Part shown: piece by piece, positions 23,591-35,929 of the stretch
How positions within the stretch are numbered: position 1 is the first letter of the stretch
Layout: the number at the start of each line of letters is the position of its first letter
Assembly: GCF_021869535.1 (NCBI RefSeq)
Contig: NW_026262701.1
Coordinates: forward strand, 9,486,001-9,550,000
Source: Mytilus californianus
Lineage: Eukaryota
Direction of reading: 5' to 3'
Length of the DNA stretch: 64,000 nt
Position numbers and translations under genes: made by a program
Notes under the pieces: model-generated
What the model saw: the letters and a program-made list of their open reading frames with translations, nothing else
Told to the model about the DNA's origin: nothing
Database searches by the model: none

Positions 23591-26500
23591 TATTAGGTCT
23601 TTCCACTTTTCTGTGGAAAGAGCTATTGGTTTTGTTCTAATTATTATTAGGTCTTTCCACTTTTCTGTGGAAATACCTATTGTATTTGTTCTGATTATTA
23701 TTTTTATTAGGTCTTTCCACTTTTCTGTGGAAAGACCTATTGGTTTTCTTCTGATTATAAGGTCTTTCCACTTTTCTGTGGAAAGACCTATTGGTTTTCT
23801 TCTGATTATTATTTTTTTCTTCTTCCACCACTTTTTTCTGACGGTGCTTTTTTGTTTCGCAAGATGTCGCTTAGATTTTTTGCATATGATATCGAACAGT
23901 TATTAAGATTTTGAAACTGACCCTGTTAAGCCGAACACTTTTTATTGTAAGAGTTATCTCCCCAAACACTGTTTTTCTTGTGTACAAATCTCCTTCGCAA
24001 CCGTAAAAGATTATGACAAATTTATGTCACCAATTTTTTCGTTATATCCTCAGGATCTTAAGAATAATTTTGACCAAAGCGGTTCGGAAACTCCATATGA
24101 GAGTTATTTCCCCTTCTGTATTTAAAATAAGTAAAATGTAATTGTAATTGGTAAACCATAAGTAATAGGGACCTAGGATCTTTTGATTTCAGGTCCTAGG
24201 TCCAAAAAAAAAGAAAATAAGGTCAAAGGTCAAGGTCATTTTTAAATTTGGATTTTGGCTTATTTTCACCTCTTTTCCAACACCATATAAGATATCGACA
24301 ACAAATGTTTACTTAATTGTTAGTTTCGACATGTCGTAACACATACATATCGGTTTAAAGGGTACGCTTACATCAAATTAGAGTTTTTACCCCTCTTTTA
24401 TTTAAAAATATGCATATGGTGATATAGCTCATGAACCAAATATAATTTAGACCTAGGGTCTTATGATTTGAAGTCCTTGGTTGATGACCTTGAAATTGAG
24501 CTCAAGGTCATAGGTTAAATTGACGTTCTAGATTTTGACCTTTGCTTTTACCTCATATGTATACATGATAAATCCATGGGACTTTTTTTTTGCATTAGGT
24601 TTCAAGCCATTTAACCTTAGAAAAGCCAACTGGAAGTGACCTTGTGTAAACCGGAAGTTGCTTCTTTTGTACTTAATTGATGTAAAAGTTTATAGAACCA
24701 GATATTTTTGGTATCAGTGTCAATTAAACGTTTGAATAATACCGGAAGAAACATTTTTCAAACCGGAAGTAACAAATTATCTCCCTTATTTGAAAAATAT
24801 TGTATAGAAACAATATATTTTTGGAATGAGCGTACAATAAGCTATCATTTGACGCTGAAAATGACATTTTAAACCAATTTTACTATTTTCATATTAAAAT
24901 ACATGTTTTTTTGTGGAAAGACCTTCAATTGTTCTCTGAACAATTGGTTTTTAATTATAATTTTTTTCTTCTTCCGCCACTTTTTTCTGACGGTGCTTTT
25001 TTGTTTCGCAAGATGTCGCTTAGATTTTTTGCATATGATATCGAACAGTTATTAAGATTTTGAAACTGACCCTGTTAAGCCGAACACTTTTTATTGTAAG
25101 AGTTATCTCCCCAAACACTGTTTTTCTTGTGTACAAATCTCCTTCGCAACCGTAAAAGATTATGACAAATTTATGTCACCAATTTTTTCGTTATATCCTC
25201 AGGATCTTAAGAATAATTTTGACCAAAGCGGTTCGGAAACTCCATGTGAGAGTTATTTCCCCTTCTGTATTTAAAATAAGTAAAATGTAATTGTAATTGG
25301 TAAACCATAAGTAATAGGGACCTAGGATCTTTTGATTTCAGGTCCTAGGTCCAAAAAAAAAAGAAAATAAGGTCAAAGGTCAAGGTCATTTTTAAATTTG
25401 GATTTTGGCTTATTTTCACCTCTTTTCCAACACCATATAAGATATCGACAACAAATGTTTACTTAATTTTTAGTTTCGACATGTCGTAACACATACATAT
25501 CGGTTTAAAGGGTACGCTTACATCAAATTAGAGTTTTTACCCCTCTTTTATTTAAAAATATGCATATGGTGATATAGCTCATGAACCAAATATAATTTAG
25601 ACCTAGGGTCTTATGATTTGAGGTCCTTGGTTGATGACCTTGAAATTGAGCTCAAGGTCATAGGTTAAATTGACGTTCTAGATTTTGACCTTTGCTTTTA
25701 CCTCATATGTATACATGATAAATCCATGGGACCTTTTTTTTGCATTAGGTTTCAAGCCATTTAACCTTAGAAAAGCCAACCGGAAGTGACCTTGTGTAAA
25801 CCGGAAGTTGCTTCTTTTGTACTTAATTGATGTAAAAGTTTATAGAACCAGATATTTTTGGTATCAGTGTCAATTAAACGTTTAAATAATACCGGAAGAA
25901 ACATTTTTCAAACCGGAAGTAACAAATTATCTCCCTTATTTGAAAAATATTGTATAGAAACAATATATTTTTGGAATGAGCGTACAATAAGCTATCATTT
26001 GACGCTGAAAACGACATTTTAAACCAATTTTACTATTTTCATATTAAAATACATGTTTTTTTGTGGAAAGACCTTCAATTGTGTTCTGAACAATTGGTTT
26101 TTAATTATAATTTTTTTCTTCTTCCACCACTTTTTTCTGACGGTGCTTTTTTGTTTCGCAAGATGTCGCTTAGATTTTTTGCATATGATATCGAACAGTT
26201 ATTACGATGTTGAAGCTGACCCTATTAAGCCGAACAATTTTTATTGTTAGAGTTATCTCCCCAAACACTGTTTTTCTTGTGTTCAAATCTCCTTCGAAAC
26301 CGTTAAACATTACGACAAAATTATTTCACCAATTTGCTCGTTATATCTTTAAGATCTTAAAAATAATTTTGACCGAAGCGGTCCGGAGACTACATATGGG
26401 AGTTATTTCCCCTTTTGTATTTTCAATAAAAAATGTAGTTGTAGCTTGTAAACCATAAGTGATAAAGACCTAGGGTCTTTTGATTTGAGATCCTTGGTCC

Positions 26501-27255
26501 AAAAAAAGAAAAGAAAATAGGGTCAAGGTCAAAGGTCAAGGTCATTTTTAAATTTGGATTTTGGCTTATTTTCACCACTTTTCAAACACGATATAAGATA
26601 TCGACAACATATTTTTACTTAATCGTTAGTTGTGACATGTCGTAACACATACATATTGGTTTAAAGGGTGCGCCTACACCAAATTAGAGTTTTCTCCCCT
26701 CTTTATGTAAAAATATGCATGTAGTGATATAACTCATGAACCAAATATAATTAAGATCTAGGGTCTTTTGATTTGAGGTCCTTGGTTGATGACCTTGAAA
26801 TTGAGCCCAAGGTCATAGGTTTAATTGACGTTCTAGATTTTGACCTTTGCTTTTACCTCATTTGTATGCATGATAAAGCCATGGGACTTTTTGCATTTAG
26901 TTGCAAGCCATATGACCTTGAAAAAGGAACCGAAAGTGACCCTGTGTAAACCGGAAATAGCTATTTTTTGTACTTTTTGAATTTTAAAGTATAGAGAACC
27001 ATATATATTTGGAATCAGTGTCAATTAAACAGTTAAATAATACCGGAAGTAACCTTTTTCAAACCGGAAGTAATAAATTATTTCCTTTATTTAAAAAATA
27101 CTGTATGGAAACAATATATTTTTGGAATCAGCGTACTTTAAGCTATCATTTGACGCTGTAAATGACATTTTAAACCGAATTTTTACTATTTTCATATCAA
27201 AATACTTGTTTTTTTGTAAAAGATCTTCAATTATTCTCTGAACAATTGGTTTTTT
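23591..27255 (+). mobile_element. Helentron/HINE-like element: 4 x 5' hairpin module plus 3 tandem about 1150-bp bodies
   Basis: AGGTCTTTCCAC-TTTTCT-GTGGAAAGACCT x4 (23591-23800); each body ends GTGGAAAGACCT + hairpin CAATTGTTC-TCT-GAACAATTG + T-run (24913-24946, 26063-26096, diverged 27216-27250). Confidence 0.8.
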
Positions 27256-27309
27256 ATATGTTTTATAGTTTAGTATGATGTCCATTTTCACTGAATTACT
27301 GCACATTGA

Positions 27310-27460
27310 TGTTTAGGGGCCAGCTGAAGCTCGCCTTCGGGTGCCCAATTTTCTCGCTGTGTCGACGAAGACCCATTGGTGGCCTTCGGCTGTCTTCTAC
27401 TCTTTGGTCGGGTTGTTGTCTCTTTGACACATTCCCCATTTCCAATCTCAATTTTATTTA
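27310..27460 (+). repeat. Short interspersed repeat (GGGGCCAGCTGAAG...GACACATTCCCCATTTCCAATCTCAATTTTATT)
   Basis: GC-rich block that I recognise as an abundant mussel repeat; single copy in this window. Confidence 0.5.
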
Positions 27461-28552
27461 TAAGAACTTTCAATGTTATGTAAATATATTTCTAATACAA
27501 TAATGACTAATGCGACAGTCTGGTGGATAGTTGTCTCATTGGCAATCAAACCACATCTCCTTATTTTTATTTTGACCACCTGGAAAACAATTATATCGTC
27601 TTTGCGGCTAGTTACAGGTATGTTCTACAGAAAATACTGGACTTCACCTGTTTTACGGTAAAAAAACTCACCTTAAAATTCCCCAGTTTTTGACAGTCGG
27701 CTGAATTTTCGAAGCCTTTATAAAAAGATAAAAATGTACTTTTTATTGTCATTAACATCAAGTTTCAAAATGGTGAACTGTAAGTAAAGTATTATCCCTT
27801 GAAATCTCATTTTATATTGTTATTACATTTTGTTTTAATTTCTGTACCTTTTTGCTTTACTTTTATTTTTACATCAATGATATAGCAACTCAACGATAGA
27901 AATAAGCAAACGAAATCTAGAGGGAATACATGTAGTCTTTAACATTATACATAATAAATCCATTCAGCACGTCAAGCTCCAGATCGTCCTTGGTCTACGA
28001 AAGTAAATAGAACAACTGAGCAGGTTCCTGACTTGGGGCAGGTACATGAAAAGGTGGCGAGGTTAAACTAAATTTTTTCTTCTCAAATCACCCCTTTTCT
28101 AAATATCAAACATTCCCTTTTTAATCTCAAACCTCTTTCCTTTCCCCCCCCCCTCTACCATCACCTTTTTAATGTTAATCAAAAGACAAGCAAAATGTAC
28201 CGGTCATTGGGTTTTTTTCTTCGATTGAATTGTTTTCATTTGTTTTCATTTGTTATTTTGTTGGGTCTTTTATTGCTTACTATATGATATGGCTTTGCTC
28301 ATTGTTGAAGGCCGGGTGGTGACCATTAGTTGCTCACTCCTACGCAATTTGGTCTGTGGTGGATAGTTGTCATAATGGGTATCATACCGCTTCTCATTTG
28401 TATATAAAAGAGCAGTACAGGACGAGCATTTAAACAGTATAATAAATAGCAAAAACACAAACTCATCAACAAATTTAACCGTAATAAGGATTGCTCGGAG
28501 TTACCGAAAGCAAGCTTTAAGTACTTAACCTGCTGATGCGAAATACTGTTAT

Positions 28553-28980
28553 ATAATCCTGGTATCTTTGATGAGCTTTTTACAACCACAGGGTTGATGC
28601 CGCTGTGGGTAGATGTTTTCCCCCCTATATGGTATCACCAGCCAAGTGTCGATGCCACTGCTGGTAGAGGTTCCCCCTCGAGGGTATTACCAACCCATTA
28701 GTCAGCACTTCAGTGTTGGCATGCAAATCTATCATTGGTATGGTTATATTTATAAATTAACTGTTTACAAAACTTTGAATTCGTAATACTAAGGATATTT
28801 TACTCCCGGAAAAGATTTTCTAAGCTCTATTTGGCAAAACCTCTCGGAGTTAAAGGTTCTTAATGCTCTTCAACTTCGTACTTTATTTGATTTTTTTTAT
28901 TCAAACATCACTGATGAGTCAACAAATAAAACGCGTGTCTAGCGTGCAAAATTATAATCCTGTTATCTATGAAGAGCTTT
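28553..28980 (+). ncRNA. Retrozyme monomer (about 401 bp) with a decayed type I hammerhead
   Basis: Terminal redundancy ATAATCCTG(G/T)TATCT at 28553 and 28954; CATCA-CTGATGAG-TC...AAACGCGT-GTC-TAGCG at 28906-28947. Confidence 0.7.
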
Positions 28981-29139
28981 TTATACTAAATATCTTCTGT
29001 TGTTATAATGAACAGTACAGGAAGACCTGATATTGTGCAATGCTTAAAATAATTCTATAAACTTATATTTAATTTCTGTCACGATTTTACCGTAAAATAT
29101 ATGTTGCTAGAATAGTTGATCACAAGATCTCACGATAAG

Positions 29140-29310
29140 GATCAATAAAGGCAACAGTAGAATACCGGTTTTCAAAAGTAATAAATCGATTGAGAGAAAA
29201 CAAATCCGGGTTACAAAATAAAACTGAGGGAAACACATCAACTAGAAGAGGAAAACTGAAGTGCAACAAAAAAAAACGCCAACATACATAGAAACGAACT
29301 ATTTGATAAC
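29140..29310 (+). repeat. Dispersed repeat family D
   Basis: ATAAAGGCAACAGTAG...AAATCCGGGTTACAAA..AAACTGAGGGAAACACAT; same family at 63447-63622 and partly at 50840-50880. Confidence 0.8.
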
Positions 29311-29923
29311 AAAGAAAAAGAATGGCGGAGCTACAGCTATCATTATAACCATAAAATAACAAAACTTTCTACATAATGAAGTTTATTATTTCACCAATTT
29401 CTTCCGGAAAATACAAAGGTATATGTTATAAGCTATCTTATTTTCGTTTAGTAGCAATTAAGGTAAAAAGGAAATTGTCAAGGCCATTGAAGGGGAGATC
29501 ACCTGATGCTTATTATTCCTTTCTTTAACAGATTGTATATAAGTGATCCAGGATTCTCTTTACACAGGTAAAGAAAGTACTGATCATGTTTAGTTGGAAA
29601 ACTCAATTCTTTAAAAACGTAAGTTTTTGGTAGACAAGTGCAAAATTATGTATTAATTTCTTAATTGTAAAAAATGTATAATGACCTCGAAGATATTTGG
29701 ATAGAAGTCGATTTTCAGGAAATATGTTTAATACAAAGAAAACAACTTTATAATTATGATACTACAACGTATGATAAATATTTCTGACAAATAAATGTCA
29801 ATTGTAAAATAAAACTATTCAATTTGCAAAAATATGATTTTTTTTTCAGAGACAATTCGTATAGCTGAATTTGCAAAGTCATTCATATTACTGCTTTTTG
29901 CTTTAAGACTTAACAACGATATC

Positions 29924-31365
29924 ATGTTCCATATGAATAGTTGTCAACAATTTCCAAAAAGGATCTGGCTTATTTTCATCGTGATGTTTGTGACATTAGT
30001 CCAATACACTAGTACAGACAAAAACGATACAAGTATTGAAAATGAACCTCTAGGGCATGCGGAAAATAATGGAATTAAAGAAACAGAGGTGATTTCTAAA
30101 ACATTGGTACACAATGAGAGTTTGTTCTCTTTGCCTAGTTCTTGGCAAGATATTTGCTATGTAAACAAAAAAATAAATACAACTGTTACATTGAGAAAGC
30201 ATATGGAAATTATATGTAACGTTGCTGGAAGTAACAGTATAAACTTTCTAGACTTTCGTAATTTCACATCCAACATTCAGGAAAATGTATTATTTTCTGT
30301 TAACGTAAAATGTGGAAACGGCGGAGGTATATTCTTCCCGTATCCTGGACGAGCACGCCTTCTCTATTCTTTACATATATCACACTGCATTTTGTCTGGG
30401 TTTCGATCTGAAATTAGAGATTTTTCAATAGACTCAATACCAGACGATTTAAAGTACTTTAGATTAAAAGATTCGGTTGTCCTTACATCCATTAGAGATC
30501 TTTACGCCTCTGTTGATCCACAAGAAGTTACAAAAGCGTTTGAATGCGGTCCTTTAAACGCAATAGAAATAACGGAATCTAACCTGACGGATTATTTTAT
30601 AGATTTGTCGTCAATACCATTCTCGCCGGATACTGTCATGGAAAAGAATGTTGATTATCACAGAGAAAATAGTGATACGTCTTTCAGATGTAAATATCCT
30701 CATCTTCGATATTTGGACAAAAGTTTTTCTCTTGGATTAGATCGCCAACAGTTGAATAAAAAGTTTCAGAACTTGTTATACCCTGTTGTAGAGGTAATGA
30801 ATTTTTCCCACTGTGGCATCAGTGAGATACCGGTACAGCTTTATGACTGGAGACTTTTCAGTAGAAAACTGAAAATTGTAGATCTTAGCCATAATAAAAT
30901 ATCAGATCTTGGTTCTTTTACGTGTCATAGTAATGCAGACGTGACCGAAGGCATTTTTGATTTGCAATTTAATAATATAACAACAGTGAAGTTACGTAGT
31001 CTGACTACAATATTTCGTGACATGTGTAGTCAGTTAACGGTAAATATTCGGAATAATCCATTTGCCTGTGATTGTGAAATCAAAGACTTTTTCGGCTTTC
31101 TAGATAGAGGCGATTATACAAATATCGCCCGCTATAGATATTTATCGGATTTCACTTGCTACAATCCATCTTCACTGCGGGGGAGAATAATTTCTAAACT
31201 ATCACTAAGTGAAATAGGGTGCAAGCCAAATTTACGAATAGTAACAAATGTTGCGACAGAGCCCATTATAGTAGTGGTGTTTGTTAGTTTTTTTCTTTCT
31301 GTATGTCTTTTTGTTGGTATCAGATATCGAGAACAAATAGCTGTTAGTTGTAGTACGTGGCTAAT
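29924..31365 (+). CDS. TLR-ectodomain-like LRR transmembrane receptor without TIR (gene 2), main exon
   Basis: Open ORF 29834-31369. The start is more likely 29924 or 29933 (signal peptide RIWLIFIVMFVTLVQYTS; TTTTCAG acceptor at 29849). LRRs, NPFACDC, TM, and a GTAAGT donor at 31366. Confidence 0.88.
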
Positions 31366-31561
31366 GTAAGTTCTTACTGTCGATCATGATATAGTTACGC
31401 TAGATATCGAGAACAAATCGCTGATAATGGTAGTACTTGGCTAAAGTAAGTTCTTACTGTCGATCATGATATAGTTACGCTAGATATCGAGAACAATTCG
31501 CTGATAATGGTAGTACTTGGCTAAAGTAAGTTCTTACTGTCAATCATGATATAACTACGCG
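31322..31561 (+). repeat. 80-bp triplication of the exon end and splice donor of gene 2
   Basis: AGATATCGAGAACAA...GGCTAA(T/A)GTAAGTTCTTACTGTC...TACGC x3; donors at 31366, 31446 and 31526. Confidence 0.92.
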
Positions 31562-31644
31562 GTTGCTAAGAATGGAAATGAAAATGACATTTATTATACT
31601 GATCAGACTTTTAATATGTTTATTGTTGGATTCCCCAGCTTTAA

Positions 31645-31950
31645 ATCCTATTTCACAGTAGTTACTGTAATACATCGACATTCAATGTTTTTATTATCAC
31701 AGCAGTTACTGTAATAATAAACACATCGACATTCACTGTTTTCACTATCACAGCAGTTACTGTAATAATAAACACACCGACTTTCATTGTTTTCACTATC
31801 ACAGCAGTTACTGTAATAATAAACACATCGACATTCATTGTTTTCACTATCACAGCAGTTACTGTAATAATAAACACATCGACATTCATTGTTTTCACTA
31901 TCACAGCAGTTACTGTAATAATAAACACATCGTCATTCATTGTTTTCACT
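31645..31950. repeat. 51-bp minisatellite, about 6 copies, in the intron of gene 2
   Basis: Same unit as 15613-17133 at the paralogous position. Confidence 0.95.
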
Positions 31951-31997
31951 GAATATTCAATCTTATATGTATCCCACATAGCCAACAATGGTATGTC

Positions 31998-32230
31998 GTT
32001 GTCAATATAACGGAATTTGTTGCGACTGTCATACAAGTGAGAGGTTTAGCTAGCTTTAAAACCAGGTTCAATCCACCATGTTCTACTTGAGAAAATGCCT
32101 GTACCAAGTCAGGAATATGACAGTTGTTATCTATTCGTTTGATGTGTTTGAACTTTTGATTTTGCCATTTGATTGGGGACTTTCCTTCTTGAATTTTCCT
32201 CGGAGTTCAGTATTTTTGTGATTTTACTTT
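31998..32230 (+). mobile_element. Dispersed repeat family C insertion (233 bp)
   Basis: Absent at the paralogous site ATGTC|TTACCTAG (about 17181); other copies at 41262-41460, 44290-44470 plus 49248-49300, and 50880-50990. Confidence 0.85.
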
Positions 32231-32515
32231 TTACCTAGTTTTGAATGCATTTGTTATCTCTGGTACAATAATTTATTTTACAAAGACAAATACATTATCG
32301 AAACCCTGTACTCATGTGTCCGTGGGCTATATATAACACATATAACACAATCCACATCACAGCTATCAATCATGACAACAAGATTGTACCTCGAAATGCG
32401 TGCTTTGAACGAGTTGTATTTCTTTGTTAATAACAAGATTGCTCTGTCGTGACGAAATGTCTCCAGTCGCTGTGTAAATGAGGAAAGCCATTGCGTATAC
32501 AGTATATATAGAGTT

Positions 32516-35285
32516 CACTAGTAACCAGAATTAAGATTGATCGGCCAAAAAGGTATTAACCCTATTTAAAAAGATTACTGAATATTTAAATAATATTGAC
32601 AAAAAATTAAAACTTTTTTTTTCAATTTATTTTAATCCATTTCAAATCATTTTAATACCAGTCAAATAGATTCCCTTGCAGTCATTTAAGTAATTAACTG
32701 ATTTACATTTGCGCGCATTTGTGGATTAAAATTTGTTACGTTTGCGCGTAGCTTTTGATTACATTTGCACGCATTCATTTTACAGGTAACACAGGTAAAA
32801 CATAAACATCATTCATAATGATTTGTATGACTATAGTTATGATGAATTTTGAAAATACTTGTAAATTTATTATATATTTTTCATATTGAATTCTCAAAAA
32901 TTATAAAGTGACCATGAGAAATCCCGTAATAGCTTAACACAAACATGTAACTTAATATCCATAATTGAGAAACCCGTAATAGTTTAAGGTAATCATTTAG
33001 CTTCATTACGAATATTTCATAGGGATTGTATTTTGTTTCCTGATTTTACCGAAAAGTGATCGCTTTAGTAAATAATTTGTCAGTTTGTAAAGCTGCGTCA
33101 AAGCACAAGAATGGGGTTTCGTTTGTGACTAACAAATCGCAGCCGGGGGGATTATAGTATAGATGGATTTACTTTCCGTATCAACAGAACACTTATGCCA
33201 AGGGATATTTCACGGCTATGTACCGTAAAGAATTGCAAAGATAGGATAAAAACTTATCAGTATTCAACAGTCTATCAAAATGATTTTAGAAAATTGAGAG
33301 GCAGATTATCCGTGCAGTTGTAAAGAGAAAAGCTTCAACCGACATAACTACTAGGCCTATGAAATTAGTATTTACCTGAGTTTACCTGTAAAATGTAATC
33401 AAAAGCTGCGCGAAAACGTAACGATTTTTACGCGCAAATGTAATGCATAGATCCTTAGTAATAGATGATGTTTAATACACATGATTTACGTTATCGTTAT
33501 TTATTTCTCAAACTGTCGCGTGAGTTAATAATGAATTTGAAAAACATACAGCTTGGGTGGATATAAAAAAAAACGTAAAGAAGATTTGTTATGCACGTTC
33601 CGTCAAGGATTTGTATAGTGTATCTAAAATCCTTGGTTCGTTTATTGATTTTACTTCTTATTTGTATTTATCTATAGTTATATACGATCTAGCCCAGGAA
33701 CACAGTTAATTCATAATACAGAATTCAATGGGGACTAGAGGGCATACGCACCCCTACCCCCGTTTCATTGGAAAACATCTTTTTGTTTTGCGTATCGACA
33801 GAACACTTATGTAAAAGGATATTTCACGGCTATGTACCGTAAAAAATTGCAAAGACAGGACAACAACTTATCAGTATTCAACAGTTTATCTAAATAATTT
33901 TAGAAAACTTGAGAGGCAGGTTATCCGTGCATTTGTTAAGAGAAAAGCTTCAACCGACATAACTTGTAGGCCTATGAAAATAGTGTTTACCTGTAAAATG
34001 AATGCGCGCAAACGCAACAGTGTTTACGCGGAAATGTAATACATAGATTCTAAGTCCTAGAAGATGTTTAATACACGTGATTTGCGTTACCGTTATTTAT
34101 TTCTCAAATAAGTCATTAACTCCTTTTAATTGTGAATATTTGTTGGTGATATATCATCTGACTAAAATCGATAAGGTTTGGAAAGGATTGACGATAGATA
34201 AACGGGGTTGTTTTTCTGCTTGAGTGATTTACCTAAAAAAAGGCGGACACTTTAAAGTTCAAAAGGACTTATAGTGCCTAAACAATCATTTTACCTGGCG
34301 TAGCCGTGCGTAAAATGTATTTCGGCATTTCTTTTCAAAAAATGATTTGTTAAATGGAATAAATCGTCGGATTGTAAACTTTGTCTTTTTTGTCCGGAAT
34401 AAGCTATTAAAAAAATAATGTACGTGGAAAATTTTGTGAAAAAATTAGGAGTTGCAATTCTTACCTTTCATACCTTTAGTTTCATTGATAAAAATTAATT
34501 TTGACTCGTCCAGTGTCCAGTTTGAATGTCAATTAAGTTACTGTACACATTCATGCATGTTCTGATTTAATCAATATACGTGTATGATGAAAAACAAACA
34601 GTTCGCAGGTAAACTACTGGGTAGGGAGAAAATGACAGATATTTTAAGTTATTTTTTTTTGCTCAAACAAAGAAAATTTGTCAACCAAAACTTTTGCTAT
34701 AATTTCAAAAGCATGTCGTTCTGTATTGGTATATTTTTTGGATCTTTCATTTACGTATTTAAGGCAATAGAAAGTTTGGGCTGCAAAAGAGGGACATAAG
34801 ATACCAGAGGGACAGTCTAACTCATAGATCGAAAACAAACTGACAACGCCATGGCCAAAAATAAAAAGACAAACAGACAAATAATAGTACAGATGACACT
34901 GCAAAAGTCTACATAATTATTGACTTTATACAGAAAACGCGTCCTTTCAAAACATTTAATGTTTCACAAATAATACATGGATACAAAGTAAAATCATATC
35001 CCAAAACACTGCAAAAAAAATCATTCTGATTGGTATAGTGGTATTGTCATAAAGTGTGTTGAAATGAACCATGGTATAGCAAACATCGAATTCCCTCATA
35101 AAATGTTATCACACACTATAATACCAGTTTGATTTCGTTCAACGGGGGCATGGTTAATTAGTTTGACGTAGCTTAACCATATCTTAAAATAACTTAAATG
35201 ACTGCAAGGGAATCTATTTGAGTAATCTTTTTTAAATAGGGTTAATACCTTTTTGGCTGATCAATCTAAATTCTGGTTACTAGTG
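32516..35285. mobile_element. Non-autonomous CACTA (CMC/EnSpm) DNA transposon, 2770 bp
   Basis: Termini CACTAGTAACCAG...CTGGTTACTAGTG with TIRs over 60 bp; 3-bp TSD GTT; empty site AGAGTTGTAT at 17951-17960; internal about 350-bp duplication (33170-33520 and 33790-34110); no transposase seen. Confidence 0.93.
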
Positions 35286-35359
35286 GTTGTATAACAGTAA
35301 CATAAATTACATTATAAAGTGTATTTGGGGCTTTTGTATTTGTTGTTGTTATTTAATAG

Positions 35360-35429
35360 GCAAACATGGTGTCATTGTGGTACAATAAACGAAATAATTG
35401 ACATAGTCCAACAACTCCCGTCAGAATGA
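35360..35429 (+). CDS. Predicted exon 2 of gene 2 ((M)QTWCHCGTINEIIDIVQQLPSE*)
   Basis: TAATAG acceptor at 35359, phase-2 join; paralogous to 18028-18118. Confidence 0.55.
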
Positions 35430-35929
35430 TCGAATCAAAGGTATTGTACAATATAGCCAACTACATGACGGAAAACAGTCTGACCAAGTATGAGAGCTTT
35501 CTCATGAACAATCTGAGAGGATTGGGTTCAAGAGGTGTTATAGTGGTACGATAGTCCAAATATAGTTCAAGTCCCTTAAATCTTGTAAAATGGTTAAATA
35601 AAAAAACAAATCAGTGCAATACGGTCAACTACACAAAGATGGAAAAAAGCCTATCATTGTAAATGCTTTCTGTAAAACGCTATCAGTGTTACCATCAAAC
35701 TCATCATAGATACTAGGATTAAAATTTTGTACGCCAGTCGCGCGTTCGGTATTCTATTTCTTGGGTTGAAAATCCTTAGTATTGTGTAAAATTCTAGTTT
35801 TTGTAGACAGTTAATTTATAATTATGATCATATCAATGATAAGTCAGGATACCATGATAAAAATTTTGAACGCCAGACTTTTGCAAAAGACTCATTAGAG
35901 ACACTCGAATCAAAAAAGTTAAAAAAGTC

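Noticed and set aside
23568-26458. Repeated ORFs (IIRSFHFSVERPIG; FFFFHHFFLTVLFCFAR)
   Set aside because: Read through the hairpin modules and tandem bodies of the Helentron-like element; no coding signature.
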